A stretch of DNA of 64,000 nt, from the NCBI GenBank assembly GCA_964016885.1, contig OZ024740.1:39060001-39124000 (forward strand). The letters run 5' to 3'. Origin of the DNA: Eledone cirrhosa (lineage: Eukaryota). Under the pieces are notes generated by a model, which saw nothing but the letters and a program-made list of their open reading frames with translations, was not told the DNA's origin and did no database searches. The translations under genes and the position numbers were made by a program. Below, in pieces: positions 9,701 to 24,300 of this stretch (its first letter is position 1; the number at the start of each line of letters is the position of its first letter).

Positions 9701-12700
9701 GTAGTATTGTAGCTATATAGTGTAGTATAGTAACTATACAACAGTAGTATTGTAACTATATAACAGTAGTATTGTAACTATATAACAGTAGTATTGTAAC
9801 TATATAACAGTAGTATTGTAACTATATAACAGTAGTATTGTAACTATACAACAGTAGTATAGTAACTATACCACAGTAGTATTGTAACTATATAACAGTA
9901 GTATTGTAACTATATAACAGTAGTATAGTAACTATACAACAGTAGTATTGTAACTATATAACAGTAGTATTGTAACTATATAACAGTAGTATTGTAACTA
10001 TATAACAGTAGTATCGTAACTATATGACAGTAGTATTGTAACTATATAACAGTAGTATTGTAACTATATAGTGTAGTATTGTAAATATATAACAGTAGTA
10101 TTGTAACTATATATAACAGTAGTATTGTAACTATATAACAGTAGTATTGTAACTATATAACAGTAGTATCGTAGCTATATGACAGTAGTATTGTAATTAT
10201 ATAACAGTAGTATTGTAACTATATAACAGTAGTATTGTAACTATATAACAGTAGTAATGTAACTATATAGTGTAGTATTGTAACTATATAGTGTAGTATT
10301 GTAACTATATAACAGTAGTATTGTAACTATATAACAGTGGTATTGTAACTATATAACAGTAGTATTGTAACTATATAACAGTAGTATTGTAACTATATAT
10401 AACAGTAGTATTGTAACTATATAACAGTAGTATTGTAACTAGATAAAAGTAGTATTGTAACTCTATATAACAGTAGTATTGTAACTATATAGTGTAGTAT
10501 TGTAACTATATAACAGTAGTATTGTAACTATATAGTGTACTATTGTAACTATATAACAGTAGTATTGTAACTATATAGTGTAGTATTGTAACTATATAAC
10601 AGTAGTATTGTAACTATATATAACAGTAGTATTGTAACTATATAACAGTAGTATTGGTAACTATATAACAGTAGTATTGTAACTATATAACAGTAGTATT
10701 GTAACTATATAACAGTAGTATTGTAACTATATAGCGTAGTATTGTAACTATATAACAGTAGTATTGTAAATATATAACAGTAGTATTGTAACTATATAAC
10801 AGTAGTATTGTAACTATATAACAGTAGTATTGTAACTATATAACAGTAGCATTGTAACTATATAACAGTAGTATTGTAACTATATAACAGTAGTATTGTA
10901 ACTATATAACAGTAGTATTGTAAATATATAACAGCAGTATTGTAACTATATAACAGTAGTATTGTAACAATATAACAGTAGTATTGTAACTATATAACAG
11001 TAGTATTGTAACTATATAACAGTAGTATTGTAACTATATGACAGTAGTATTGTAACTATACAACAGTAGTATTGTAACTATATAGAGTAGTATTGTAACT
11101 ATATAGAGTAGTATTGTAACTATATAGTGTAGTATTGTAACTATATAACAGTAGTATTGTATCTATATAACAGTAGTATTGTAACTATATATAACAGTAG
11201 TATTGTAACTATATATAACAGTAGTATTGTAACTATATGACAGTAGTATTGTAACTATATATAACAGTAGTATTGTAACTATACAACAGTAGTATTGTAA
11301 CTATATAGTGTAGTATTGTAACTATATAACAGTAGTATTGTATCTATATAACATTAGTATTGTAACTATATAACAGTAGTATTGTAACTATATAACAGTA
11401 GTATTGTAACTATATAGTGTAGTATTGTAATTATATATAACAGTAGTATTGTAACTATATAACAGTAGTATTGTAACTATATAGAGTAGTATTGTAACTA
11501 TATAACAGTAGTATTGTATCTATATAACAGTAGTATTGTAACTATATATAACAGTAGTATTGTAACTATATAACAGTAGTATTGTAACTATATAGTGTAG
11601 TATTGTAACTATATAACAGTAGTATTGTATCTATATAACAGTAGTATTATAACTATATAACAGTAGTATTGTAACTATATAACAGTAGTATTGTAACTAT
11701 ATAGTGTAGTATTGTAACTATATAACAGTAGTATTGTATCTATATAACAGTAGTATTGTAACTATATAACAGTAGAATTGTAACTATATAGTGTAGTATT
11801 GTAACTATATAACAGTAGTATTGTAACTATATAACAGTAGTATCGTAACTATATGACAGCAGTATTGTAACTATATAACAGTAGTATTGTAACTATATAA
11901 CAGTAGTATTGTAACTATATAACAGTAGTATTGTAACTATATAACAGTAGTATTGTAACTATATAGTGTAGTATAGTAACTATACAACAGTAGTATTGTA
12001 ACTATATAGTGTAGTATTGTAACTATATAGAGTAGTATTGTTGCTATATAGAGTAGTATTGTAGCTATATAGTGTAGTATAGTAACTATACAACAGTAGT
12101 ATTGTAACTATATAACAGTAGTATTGTAACTATATAGTGTAGTATAGTAACTATACAACAGTAGTATTGTAACTATATAGTGTAGTATTGTAACTATATA
12201 GAGTAGTATTGTAACTATATAGAGTAGTATTGTAGCTATATAGTGTAGTATAGTAACTATACAACAGTAGTATTGTAACTATATAACAGTAGTATTGTAA
12301 CTATATAACAGTAGTATTGTAACTATATAACAGTAGTATTGTAACTATACAACAGTAGTATAGTAACTATACAACAGTAGTATTGTAACTATATAACAGT
12401 AGTATTGTAACTATATAACAGTAGTATAGTAACTATACAACAGTAGTATTGTAACTATATAACAGTAGTATTGTAACTATATAACAGTAGTATTGTAACT
12501 ATATAACAGTAGTATTGTAACTATACAACAGTAGTATAGTAACTATACAACAGTAGTATTGTAACTATATAACAGTAGTATTGTAACTATATAACAGTAG
12601 TATAGTAACTATACAACAGTAGTATTGTAACTATATAACAGTAGTATTGTAACTATATAACAGTAGTATTGTAACTATATAACAGTAGTATTGTAACTAT

Positions 12701-12958
12701 ACAACAGTAGTATAGTAACTATACAACAGTAGTATTGTAACTATATAACAGTAGTATTGTAACTTTATAACAGTAGTATTGTAACTATATAACAGTAGTA
12801 TCGTAACTATATAACAGTAGTATTGTAACTATATAGTGTAGTATTGTAACTATATAACAGTAGTATTGTAACTATATAACAGTAGTATTGTAACTATATA
12901 GTGTAATATTGTAACTATATAACAGTAGTATTGTAACTATATATAACAGTAGTATTGT
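6734..12958. repeat. 22-bp satellite array, segment 2, containing a 3,085-bp tandem duplication
   Basis: Same monomer. Rare variants recur at +3085: AGATAAAAG 7356/10441, TTGGTAAC 7571/10656, TTGTTGC 8953/12038. Confidence 0.97.
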
Positions 12959-13405
12959 GTTAAAGTTACAATGTTAAGTTTCTTTCTTGGCTTAAAAACT
13001 GTAGTGTCTACTGTGCAGACTTGCATGTGGTGTTTTTGATTAATATTCCCTCAACCAACAATATGCCTTATGAAGTTAAGAAAACATAACGATAACCCGA
13101 ATGTTATAACAAAAGAGGATGCTGGGGATAGAAACTGCACTGGTTATTTATTAACAAAGATCGAAAATGTAAACACTGCAACGCAGAGAAAAACATTAGC
13201 GTAACCAAATTATCAGTTATGTCTGTCTGCACGCCTATATCACCTCTCTGCACGACTGTCTGTCTGCACGCCTATATCACCTCTCTGCACGACTATCTGT
13301 CTGCACGCCTATATCACCTCTCTGCACGACTGTCTGTCTGCACGCCTATATCACCTCTCTGCACGACTATCTGTCTGCACGCGTATATCACCTCTCTGCA
13401 CGACT
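12956..13405 (-). mobile_element. Helitron-like fragment D, a duplicate of part of copy A truncated at both ends
   Basis: Same left junction as copy A (…GTAGTATTGT|GTTAAAG) at offset 8306. It ends after the fifth 37-bp unit, at …GCACGAC|TATATAACAG. Confidence 0.9.
13220..13404. repeat. Internal minisatellite of fragment D (5 x 37 bp)
   Basis: Same five units and variant order as 4914-5098. Confidence 0.94.
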
Positions 13406-14622
13406 ATATAACAGTAGTATTGTAACTATATAACAGTAGTAATGTAACTATATAGCAGTAGTATTTTACTATATAGTAGTATTGTAACTATATATAACAG
13501 TAGTATTGTAACTATATAACAGTAGTATTGTAACTATATAACAGTAGTATTGAAACTACATAACAGTAGCATTGTAACTATATAATAGTAGTATTGTAAC
13601 TATATAACAGCAGTATTGTAACTATATAACAATAGTATTGTAACTATATAACAGTAGTATTGTAACTATATAACAGTAGTATCGTAACTATATAACAGTA
13701 GTATTGTAACTATATAACAGTAGTATTGTAACTATATAACAGTAGTATTGTAACTATATAACAGTAGTATTGTAACTATATAGTGTAGTATAGTAACTAT
13801 ACAACAGTAGTATTGTAACTATATAGTGTAGTATTGTAACTATATAGAGTAGTATTGTTGCTATATAGAGTAGTATTGTAGCTATATAGTGTAGTATAGT
13901 AACTATACAACAGTAGTATTGTAACTATATAACAGTAGTATTGTAACTATATAGTGTAGTATAGTAACTATACAACAGTAGTATTGTAACTATATAGTGT
14001 AGTATTGTAACTATATAGAGTAGTATTGTAACTATATAGAGTAGTATTGTAGCTACATAGTGTAGTATAGTAACTATACAACAGTAGTATTGTAACTATA
14101 TAACAGTAGTATTGTAACTATATAACAGTAGTATTGTAACTATATAACAGTAGTATTGTAACTATATAACAGTAGTATTGTAACTATACAACAGTAGTAT
14201 AGTAACTATACAACAGTAGTATTGTAACTATATAACAGTAGTATTGTAACTATATAACAGTAGTATAGTAACTATACAACAGTAGTATTGTAACTATATA
14301 ACAGTAGTATTGTAACTATATAACAGTAGTATTGTAACTATATAACAGTAGTATTGTAACTATACAACAGTAGTATAGTAACTATACAACAGTAGTATTG
14401 TAACTATATAACAGTAGTATTGTAACTTTATAACAGTAGTATTGTAACTATATAACAGTAGTATCGTAACTATATAACAGTAGTATTGTAACTATATAGT
14501 GTAGTATTGTAACTATATAACAGTAGTATTGTAACTATATAACAGTAGTATTGTAACTATATAACAGTAGTATTGTAACTATATAACAGTAGTATTGTAA
14601 CTATATATAACAGTAGTATTGT
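13405..14622. repeat. 22-bp satellite array, segment 3 (a copy of ~3525-4652)
   Basis: The variant string AATGTAAC…TAGCAG…TTTTACTATATAGTAG lies at 13441 versus 3560, and TTGTTGC at 13855 versus 3974 (both offset 9881). Confidence 0.96.
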
Positions 14623-15340
14623 GTTAAAGTTACAATGTTAAGTTTCTTTCTTGGCTTAAAAACTGTAGTGTCTACTGTGCAGACTTGCATGTGGTGTTTT
14701 TGATTAATATTCCCTCAACCAACAATATGCCTTATGAAGTTAAGAAAACATAACGATAACCCGAATGTTATAACAAAAGAGGATGCTGGGGATAGAAACT
14801 GCACTGGTTATTTATTAACAAAGATCGAAAATGTAAACACTGCAACGCAGAGAAAAACATTAGCGTAACCAAATTATCAGTTATGTCTGTCTGCACGCCT
14901 ATATCACCTCTCTGCACGACTGTCTGTCTGCACGCCTATATCACCTCTCTGCACGACTATCTGTCTGCACGCCTATATCACCTCTCTGCACGACTGTCTG
15001 TCTGCACGCCTATATCACCTCTCTGCACGACTATCTGTCTGCACGCGTATATCACCTCTCTGCACGACTGTCTGTCTGCACGAGTGTCTGTCTGCACGAC
15101 TGTCTGTCTGCACGACTGTCTGTCTGCACGACTGTCTGTCTGCACGCCTAACGACGAAATATTTGCTTGTTTTACGTATTCTTTAAATAGACTTGTTTTC
15201 AAGTAAAAATATTGTTTTAAAATGCTTTTAAATGGAAATGAAGCAAAACGGAAGTTTAGTGTTCGAACTGATGAATTTTGCAGGTCAATATTTTGCTGGC
15301 TCGACAACTGTTCGTGTATTGTGTTAATGTCATTTAAACG
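14620..15340 (-). mobile_element. Helitron-like fragment E, a duplicate of part of copy A truncated at both ends
   Basis: Same left junction as copy A at offset 9970. It ends at …CATTTAAACG|TATTGTAAC and lacks the 5' ~270 bp. Confidence 0.9.
14884..15149. repeat. Internal minisatellite of fragment E: 5 x 37 bp, 4 x 16 bp and a partial unit
   Basis: 37-bp units span 14884-15068. 16-bp units start at 15069, 15085, 15101 and 15117, then a partial unit at 15133-15149. Confidence 0.94.
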
Positions 15341-18300
15341 TATTGTAACTATATATAACAGTAGTATTGTAACTATATAGTGTAGTATTGTAACTATATA
15401 ACAGTAGTATTGTAACTATATATAACAGTAGTATTGTAACTATATAACAGTAGTATTGTAACTATATATAACAGTAGCATTGTAACTATATAACAGTAGT
15501 ATTGTAACTATATAACAGTAGTATTGTAACTATATAACAGTAGTATTGTAACTATATAGAGTAGTATTGTAGCTATATAGTGTAGTATTGTAACTATACA
15601 ACAGTAGCATTGTAACTATATAATAGTAGTATTGTAACTATATAACAGTAGTATTGTAACTATATAACAGTAGTATTTTATTTATTTAACAGTAGTATTG
15701 TAACTATATAATAGTAGTATTGTAACTGTATAACAGTAGTATTGTAACTATATAACAGTGGTATTGTAAATATATAACAGCAGTATTGTAACTATATAAC
15801 AGTAGTATTGTAACTATATGACAGTAGTATTGTAACTATATAACAGTAGTATTGTAACTATATAACAGTAGTATTGTAACTATATAGTGTAGTATTGTAA
15901 CTATATAACAGTAGTATTGTAACTATATAACAGTAGTATTGTAACTATATAACAGTAGTATTGTAACTATATAGTGTAGTATTGTAACTATATAACAGTA
16001 GTATTGTAACTATATATAACAGTAGTATTGTAACTATATAACAGTAGTATTGTAACTATATAACAGCAGTATTGTAACTATATAACAGTAGTATTGTAAC
16101 TGTATGACAGTAGTATTGTAACTATATAACAATAGTATTGTAACTATATAACAGTAGTATTGTAACTATATATAACAGTAGAATTGTAACTATATAACAG
16201 TAGTATTGTAACTATATAACAGTAGTATTGTAACTATATAACAGTAGTATCGTAACTATATGACAGTAGTATTGTAAGTATATAACAGTAGTATTGTAAC
16301 TATATAACAGTAGAATTGTAACTATATAACAGTAGTATTGTAACTATATAGTGTAATATTGTAACTATATAACAGTAGTATTGTAACTATATATAACAGT
16401 AGTATTGTAACTATATAACAGTAGTATTGTATCTATATATAACAGTAGCATTGTAACTATATAACAGTAGTATTGTAACTATATAACAGTAGTATTGTAA
16501 CTATATAACAGTAGTATTGTAACTATATAGAGTAGTATTGTAGCTATATAGTGTAGTATTGTAACTATACAACAGTAGCATTGTAACTATATAATAGTAG
16601 TATTGTAACTATATAACAGTAGTATTGTAACTATATAACAGTAGTATTTTATTTATTTAACAGTAGTATTGTAACTATATAATAGTAGTATTGTAACTGT
16701 ATAACAGTAGTATTGTAACTATATAACAGTGGTATTGTAAATATATAACAGCAGTATTGTAACTATATAACAGTAGTATTGTAACTATATAACAGTAGTA
16801 TTGTAACTATATGACAGTAGTATTGTAACTATATATAACAGTAGTATTGTAACTATATAGTGTAGTATTGTAACTATATAACAGTAGTATTGTAACTATA
16901 TAACAGTAGTATTGTAACTATATAACAGTAGTATTGTAACTATATAACAGTAGTATTGTAACTATATAGTGTAGTATTGTAACTATACAACAGTAGTATT
17001 GTAACTATATAACAGTAGTATTTTAACTATATAACAGTAGTATTGTAACTATATAACAGTAGTATTGTAACTATATAGTGTAGTATTGTAACTATATAAC
17101 AGTAGTATTGTAACTATATATAACAGTAGTATTGTAACTATATAACAGTAGTATTGTAACTATATAACAGCAGTATTGTAACTATATAACAGTAGTATTG
17201 TAACTGTATGACAGTAGTATTGTAACTATATAACAGTAGTATTGTAACTATATAACAGTAGTATTGTAACTATATATAACAGTAGAATTGTAACTATATA
17301 ACAGTAGTATTGTAACTATATAACAGTAGTATTGTAACTATATAACAGTAGTATCGTAACTATATGACAGTAGTATTGTAAGTATATAACAGTAGTATTG
17401 TAACTATATAACAGTAGAATTGTAACTATATAACAGTAGTATTGTAACTATATAGTGTAGTATTGTAACTATATAACAGTAGTATTGTAACTATATAACA
17501 GTAGTAATGTAACTATATAGTGTAGTATTGTAACTATATAGTGTAGTATTGTAACTATATAACAGTAGTATTGTAACTAAATATAACAGTAGTATTGTAA
17601 CTATATAACAGTAGTATTGTAACTATATAACAGTAGTATTGTAACTATATAACAGTAGTATTGTAACTATATAACAGTAGTATTGTAACTATATAACAGT
17701 AGTATTGTAATTATATAACAGTAGTATTGTAACTATACAACAGTAGTATTGTAACTATATAGTGTAGTATTGTAACTATATAACAGTAGTATTGTAACTA
17801 TATAACAGTAGTATTGTAACTATATAGAGTAGTATTGTAGCTATATAGTGTAGTATTGTAACTATACAACAGTAGTATTGTAATTATATAACAGTAGTAT
17901 TGTAACTATACAACAGTAGTATTGTAACTATATAGTGTAGTATTGTAACTATATAACAGTAGTATTGTAACTATATAACAGTAGTATTGTAACTATATAG
18001 AGTAGTATTGTAGCTATATAGTGTAGTATTGTAACTATACAACAGTAGCATTGTAACTATATAATAGTAGTATTGTAACTATATAACAGTAGTATTGTAA
18101 CTATATAACAGTAGTATTTCATCTAATTAACAGTAGTATTGTAAGTATATAACAGTAGTATTGTAACTGTATAACAGTAGTATTGTAACTATATAACAGT
18201 AGTATTGTAAATATATAACAGCAGTATTGTAACTATATAACAGTAGTATTGTAACTATATAACAGTAGTATTGTAACTATATGACAGTAGTATTGTAACT

Positions 18301-21300
18301 ATATATAACAGTAGTATTGTAACTATATAGTGTAGTATTGTAACTATATAACAGTAGTATTGTAACTATATAACAGTAGTATTGTAACTATATAACAGTA
18401 GTATTGTAACTATATAGTGTAGTATTGTAACTATATAACAGTATTATTGTAACTATATATAACAGTAGTATTGTAACTATATATAACAGTAGTATTGTAA
18501 CTATATAACAGTAGTATTGTAACTATATAACAGCAGTATTGTAACTATATAACAGTAGTATTGTAACTGTATGACAGTAGTATTGTAACTATATAACAGT
18601 AGTATTGTAACTATATAACAGTAGTATTGTAACTATATAACAGTAGTATTGTAACTATATAACAGTAGTATTGTAAATATATAACAGTAGTATTGTAACT
18701 ATATAACAGTAGTATTGTAACTATATAACAGTAGTATTGTAACTATATATAACAGTAGTATTGTAACTATATAGTGTAGTATTGTAACTATATAACAGTA
18801 GTATTGTAACTATATATAACAGTAGTATTGTAACTATATAACAGTAGTATTGTAACTAAATAACAGTAGTAATGTAACTATATAACAGTATTATTGTAAC
18901 TATATAACAGTAGTATCGTAACTATATAACAGTAGTAACGTAACTATATAGTGTAGTATTGTAACTATATAACAGTAGTATTGTAACTATATAGTGTAGT
19001 ATTGTAACTATATAACAGTAGTATCGTAACTACATAACAGTAGTATTGTAACTATATAACAGTAGTATTGTAACTATATAACAGTAGTAATGTAACTATA
19101 TAACAGAAGCATTGTAAATATATAGTGTAGTATCGTAACTATATAACAGTAGTATTGTAACTATATAACAGTAGTATTGTAACTATATATAACAGTAGTA
19201 TTGTAACTATATAGTGTAGTATTGTAACTATATAACAGTAGTATTGTAACTATATAGTGTACTATTGTAACTATATAACAGTAGTATTGTAACTATATAT
19301 AACAGTAGTATTGTAACTATATAGTGTAGTATCGTAACTATATAACAGTAGTATTGTAACTATATATAAGAGTAGTATTGTAACTATATAGTGTAGTATT
19401 GTAACTATATAACAGTAGTATTGTAACTATATAGTGTAGTATTGTAACTATATAACAGTAGTATCGTAACTACATAACAGTAGTATTGTAACTATATAAC
19501 AGTAGTATTGTAACTATATAACAGTAGTATTGTAACTATATAACAGTAGTATTGTATCTATATGACAGTAGTATTGTAACTGTATAACAGTAGTATTGTA
19601 ACTATATAACAGTAGTATTGTAACTATATAGTGTAGTATTGTAACTATATACCAGTAGTATCGTAACTACATAACAGTAGTATTGTAACTATATAACAGT
19701 AGTATTGTAACTATATAGGGTAGTATTGTAACTATATAACAGTAGTATCGTAACTACATAACAGTAGTATTGTAACTATATAACAGTAGTATTGTAACTA
19801 TATAACAGTAGTAATGTAACTATATAACAGAAGCATTGTAAATATATAGTGTAGTATCGTAACTATATAACAGTAGTATTGTAACTATATAACAGTAGTA
19901 TTGTAACTATATATAACAGTAGTATTGTAACTATATAGTGTAGTATTGTAACTATATAACAGTAGTATTGTAACTATATAGTGTACTATTGTAACTATAT
20001 AACAGTAGTATTGTAACTATATATAACAGTAGTATTGTAACTATATAGTGTAGTATCATAACTATATAACAGTAGTATTGTAACTATATAGTGTAGTATT
20101 GTAACTATATAACAGTAGTATTGTAACTGTATAGTGTAGTATTGTAACTATATAACAGTATTATCGTAACTACATAAGAGTAGTATTGTAACTATATAAC
20201 AGTAGTATTGTAACTATATAACAGTAGTATTGTAACTATATAACAGTAGTATTGTAACTATATAACAGTAGTATTGTATCTATATAACAGTAGTATTGTG
20301 ACTATATAACAGTAGTATTGTAACTATATAACAGTAGTATTGTAACTATATATAACAGTAGTATTGTAACTATATAACAGTAGTATTGTAACTATATATA
20401 ACAGTAGTATTGTAACTATATAACAGTAGCATTGTAACTATATAACAGTAGTATTGTAACTATATAACAGTAGTATTGTAACTATATAACAGTAGTATTG
20501 TAACTATATAACAGTAGTATTGTAATTATATAACAGTAGTATTGTAACTATACAACATTAGTATTGTAACTATATAACAGTAGTATTGTAACTATATAAC
20601 AGTAGTATTGTAACTATATAACAGTAGTATTTTATCTAATTAACAGTAGTATTGTAAGTATATAACAGTAGTATTGTAACTGTATAACAGTAGTATTGTA
20701 ACTATATAACAGTAGTATTGTAAATATATAACAGCAGTATTGTAACTATATAACAGTAGTATTGTAACTATATAACAGTAGTATTGTAACTATATGACAG
20801 TAGTATTGTAACTATATATAACAGTAGTATTGTAACTATATAGTGTAGTATTGTAACTATATAACAGTAGTATTGTAACTATATAACAGTAGTATTGTAA
20901 CTATATAACAGTAGTATTGTAACTATATAACAGTAGTATTGTAACTATATAGTGTAGTATTGTAACTATATAACAGTAGTATTGTAACTATATGACAGTA
21001 GTATTGTAACTATATATAACAGTAGTATTGTAACTATATAGTGTAGTATTGTAACTATATAACAGTAGTATTGTAACTATATAACAGTAGTATTGTAACT
21101 ATATAACAGTAGTATTGTAACTATATAACAGTAGTATTGTAACTATATAACAGTAGTATTGTAACTATATAACAGTAGTATTGTATCTATATAACAGTAG
21201 TATTGTAACTATATAACAGTAGTATTGTAACTATATAACAGTAGTATTGTAACTATATATAACAGTAGTATTGTAACTATATAACAGTAGTATTGTAACT

Positions 21301-24300
21301 ATATATAACAGTAGTATTGTAACTATATAAGAGTAGTATTGTAACTATATAACAGTAGTATTGTAAATATATAACAGTAGTATCGTAACTATATAGTGTA
21401 GTATTGTAAACTATATAGTGTAGTATTGTAACTATATAACAGTAGTATTGTAACTATATATAACAGTAGTATTGTAACTATATAACAGTAGTATTGTAAC
21501 TATATAACAGTAGTATTGTAACTATATAACAGTAGTATTGTAACTATATAACAGTAGTATTGTAACTATATAACAGTAGTATTGTAACTATACAACAGTA
21601 GTATTGTAACTATATAAGAGTAGTATTGTAGCTATATAGTGTAGTATTGTAACTATACAACAGTAGCATTGTAACTATATAATAGTAGTATTGTAACTAT
21701 ATAACAGTAGTATTGTAACTATATAACAGTAGTATTTTATCTAATTAACAGTAGTATTGTAAGTATATAACAGTAGTATTGTAACTGTATAACATTAGTA
21801 TTGTAACTATATAACAGCAGTATTGTAACTATATAACAGTAGTATTGTAACTATATAACAGTAGTATTGTAACTATATGACAGTAGTATTGTAACTATAT
21901 ATAACAGTAGTATTGTAACTATATAGTGTAGTATTGTAACTATATAACAGTAGTATTGTAACTATATAACAGTAGTATTGTAACTATATAACAGTAGTAT
22001 TGTAACTATATAACAGTAGTATTGTAACTATATAGTGTAGTATTGTAACTATATAACAGTAGTATTGTAACTATATAACAGTAGTATTGTAACTATATAA
22101 CAGTAGTATTGTAACTATATAACAGTAGTATTGTAACTATATAGTGTAGTATTGTAACTATATAACAGTAGTATTGTAACTATATATAACAGTAGTATTG
22201 TAACTATATAACAGTAGTATTGTAACTATATAACAGCAGTATTGTAACTATATAACATTAGTATTGTAACTGTATGACAGTAGTATTGTAACTATATAAC
22301 AGTAGTATTGTAACTATATAACAGTAGTATTGTAACTATATAACAGTAGTATTGTAACTATATAACAGTAGTATTGTGACTATATATAACAGTAGTATTG
22401 TAACTATATATAACAGTAGTATTGTAACTATATAACAGTAGTATTGTAACTATATATAACAGTAGTATTGTAACTATATAACAGTAGTATTGTAACTATA
22501 TAGTGTAGTATTGTAACTATATAACAGTAGTATTGTATCTATATAACAGTAGTATTGTAACTATATAACAGTAGTATTGTAACTATATAACAGTAGTATT
22601 GTAACTATATAGTGTAGTATTGTAAGTATATAACAGTAGTATTGTATCTATATAACAGTAGTATTGTAACTATATAACAGTAGAATTGTAACTATATAAA
22701 GGTAGTATTGTAACTATATAGTGTAGTATTGTAACTATATAACAGTAGTATTGTAACTATATAACAGTAGTATTGTAACTATATAGAGTAGTATTGTAGC
22801 TATATAGTGTAGTATTGTAACTATACAACAGTAGCATTGTAACTATATAATAGTAGTATTGTAACTATATAACAGTAGTATTGTAACTATATAACAGTAG
22901 TATTTTATTTATTTAACAGTAGTATTGTAACTATATAATAGTAGTATTGTAACTGTATAACAGTAGTATTGTAACTATATAACAGTGGTATTGTAAATAT
23001 ATAACAGCAGTATTGTAACTATATAACAGTAGTATTGTAACTATATAACAGTAGTATTGTAACTATATGACAGTAGTATTGTAACTATATATAACAGTAG
23101 TATTGTAACTATATAGTGTAGTATTGTAACTATATAACAGTAGTATTGTAACTATATAACAGTAGTATTGTAACTATATAACAGTAGTATTGTAACTATA
23201 TAACAGTAGCATTGTAACTATATAGTGTAGTATTGTAAATATATAACAGTAGTATTGTAACTATATATAACAGTAGTATTGTAACTATATAACAGTAGTA
23301 TTGTAACTATATAACAGCAGTATTGTAACTATATAACAGTAGTATTGTAACTGTATGACAGTAGTATTGTAACTATATAACAGTAGTATTGTAACTATAT
23401 AACAGTAGTATTGTAACTATATATAACAGTAGAATTGTAACTATATAACAGTAGTATTGTAACTATATAACAGTAGTATTGTAACTATATAACAGTAGTA
23501 TCGTAACTATATGACAGTAGTATTGTAAGTATATAACAGTAGTATTGTAACTATATAACAGCAGTATTGTAACTATATAACAGTAGTATTGTAACTGTAT
23601 GACAGTAGTATTGTAACTATATAACAGTAGTATTGTAACTATATAACAGTAGTATTGTAACTATATATAACAGTAGAATTGTAACTATATAACAGTAGTA
23701 TTGTAACTATATAACAGTAGTATTGTAACTATATAACAGTAGTATCGTAACTATATGACAGTAGTATTGTAAGTATATAACAGTAGTATTGTAACTATAT
23801 AACAGTAGAATTGTAACTATATAACAGTAGTATTGTAACTATATAGTGTAGTATTGTAACTATATAACAGTAGTATTGTAACTATATAACAGTAGTAATG
23901 TAACTATATAGTGTAGTATTGTAACTATATAGTGTAGTATTGTAACTATATAACAGTAGTATTGTAACTAAATATAACAGTAGTATTGTAACTATATAAC
24001 AGTAGTATTGTAATTATATAACAGTAGTATTGTAACTATATAACAGTAGTATTGTAACTATATAACAGTAGTATTGTAACTATATAACAGTAGTATTGTA
24101 ACTATATAACAGTAGTAATGTAACTATATAGTGTAGTATTGTAACTATATAGTGTAGTATTGTAACTATATAACAGTAGTATTGTAACTAAATATAACAG
24201 TAGTATTGTAACTATATAACAGTAGTATTGTAATTATATAACAGTAGTATTGTAACTATATAGTGTAGTATTGTAACTATATAACAGTAGTATTGTAACT

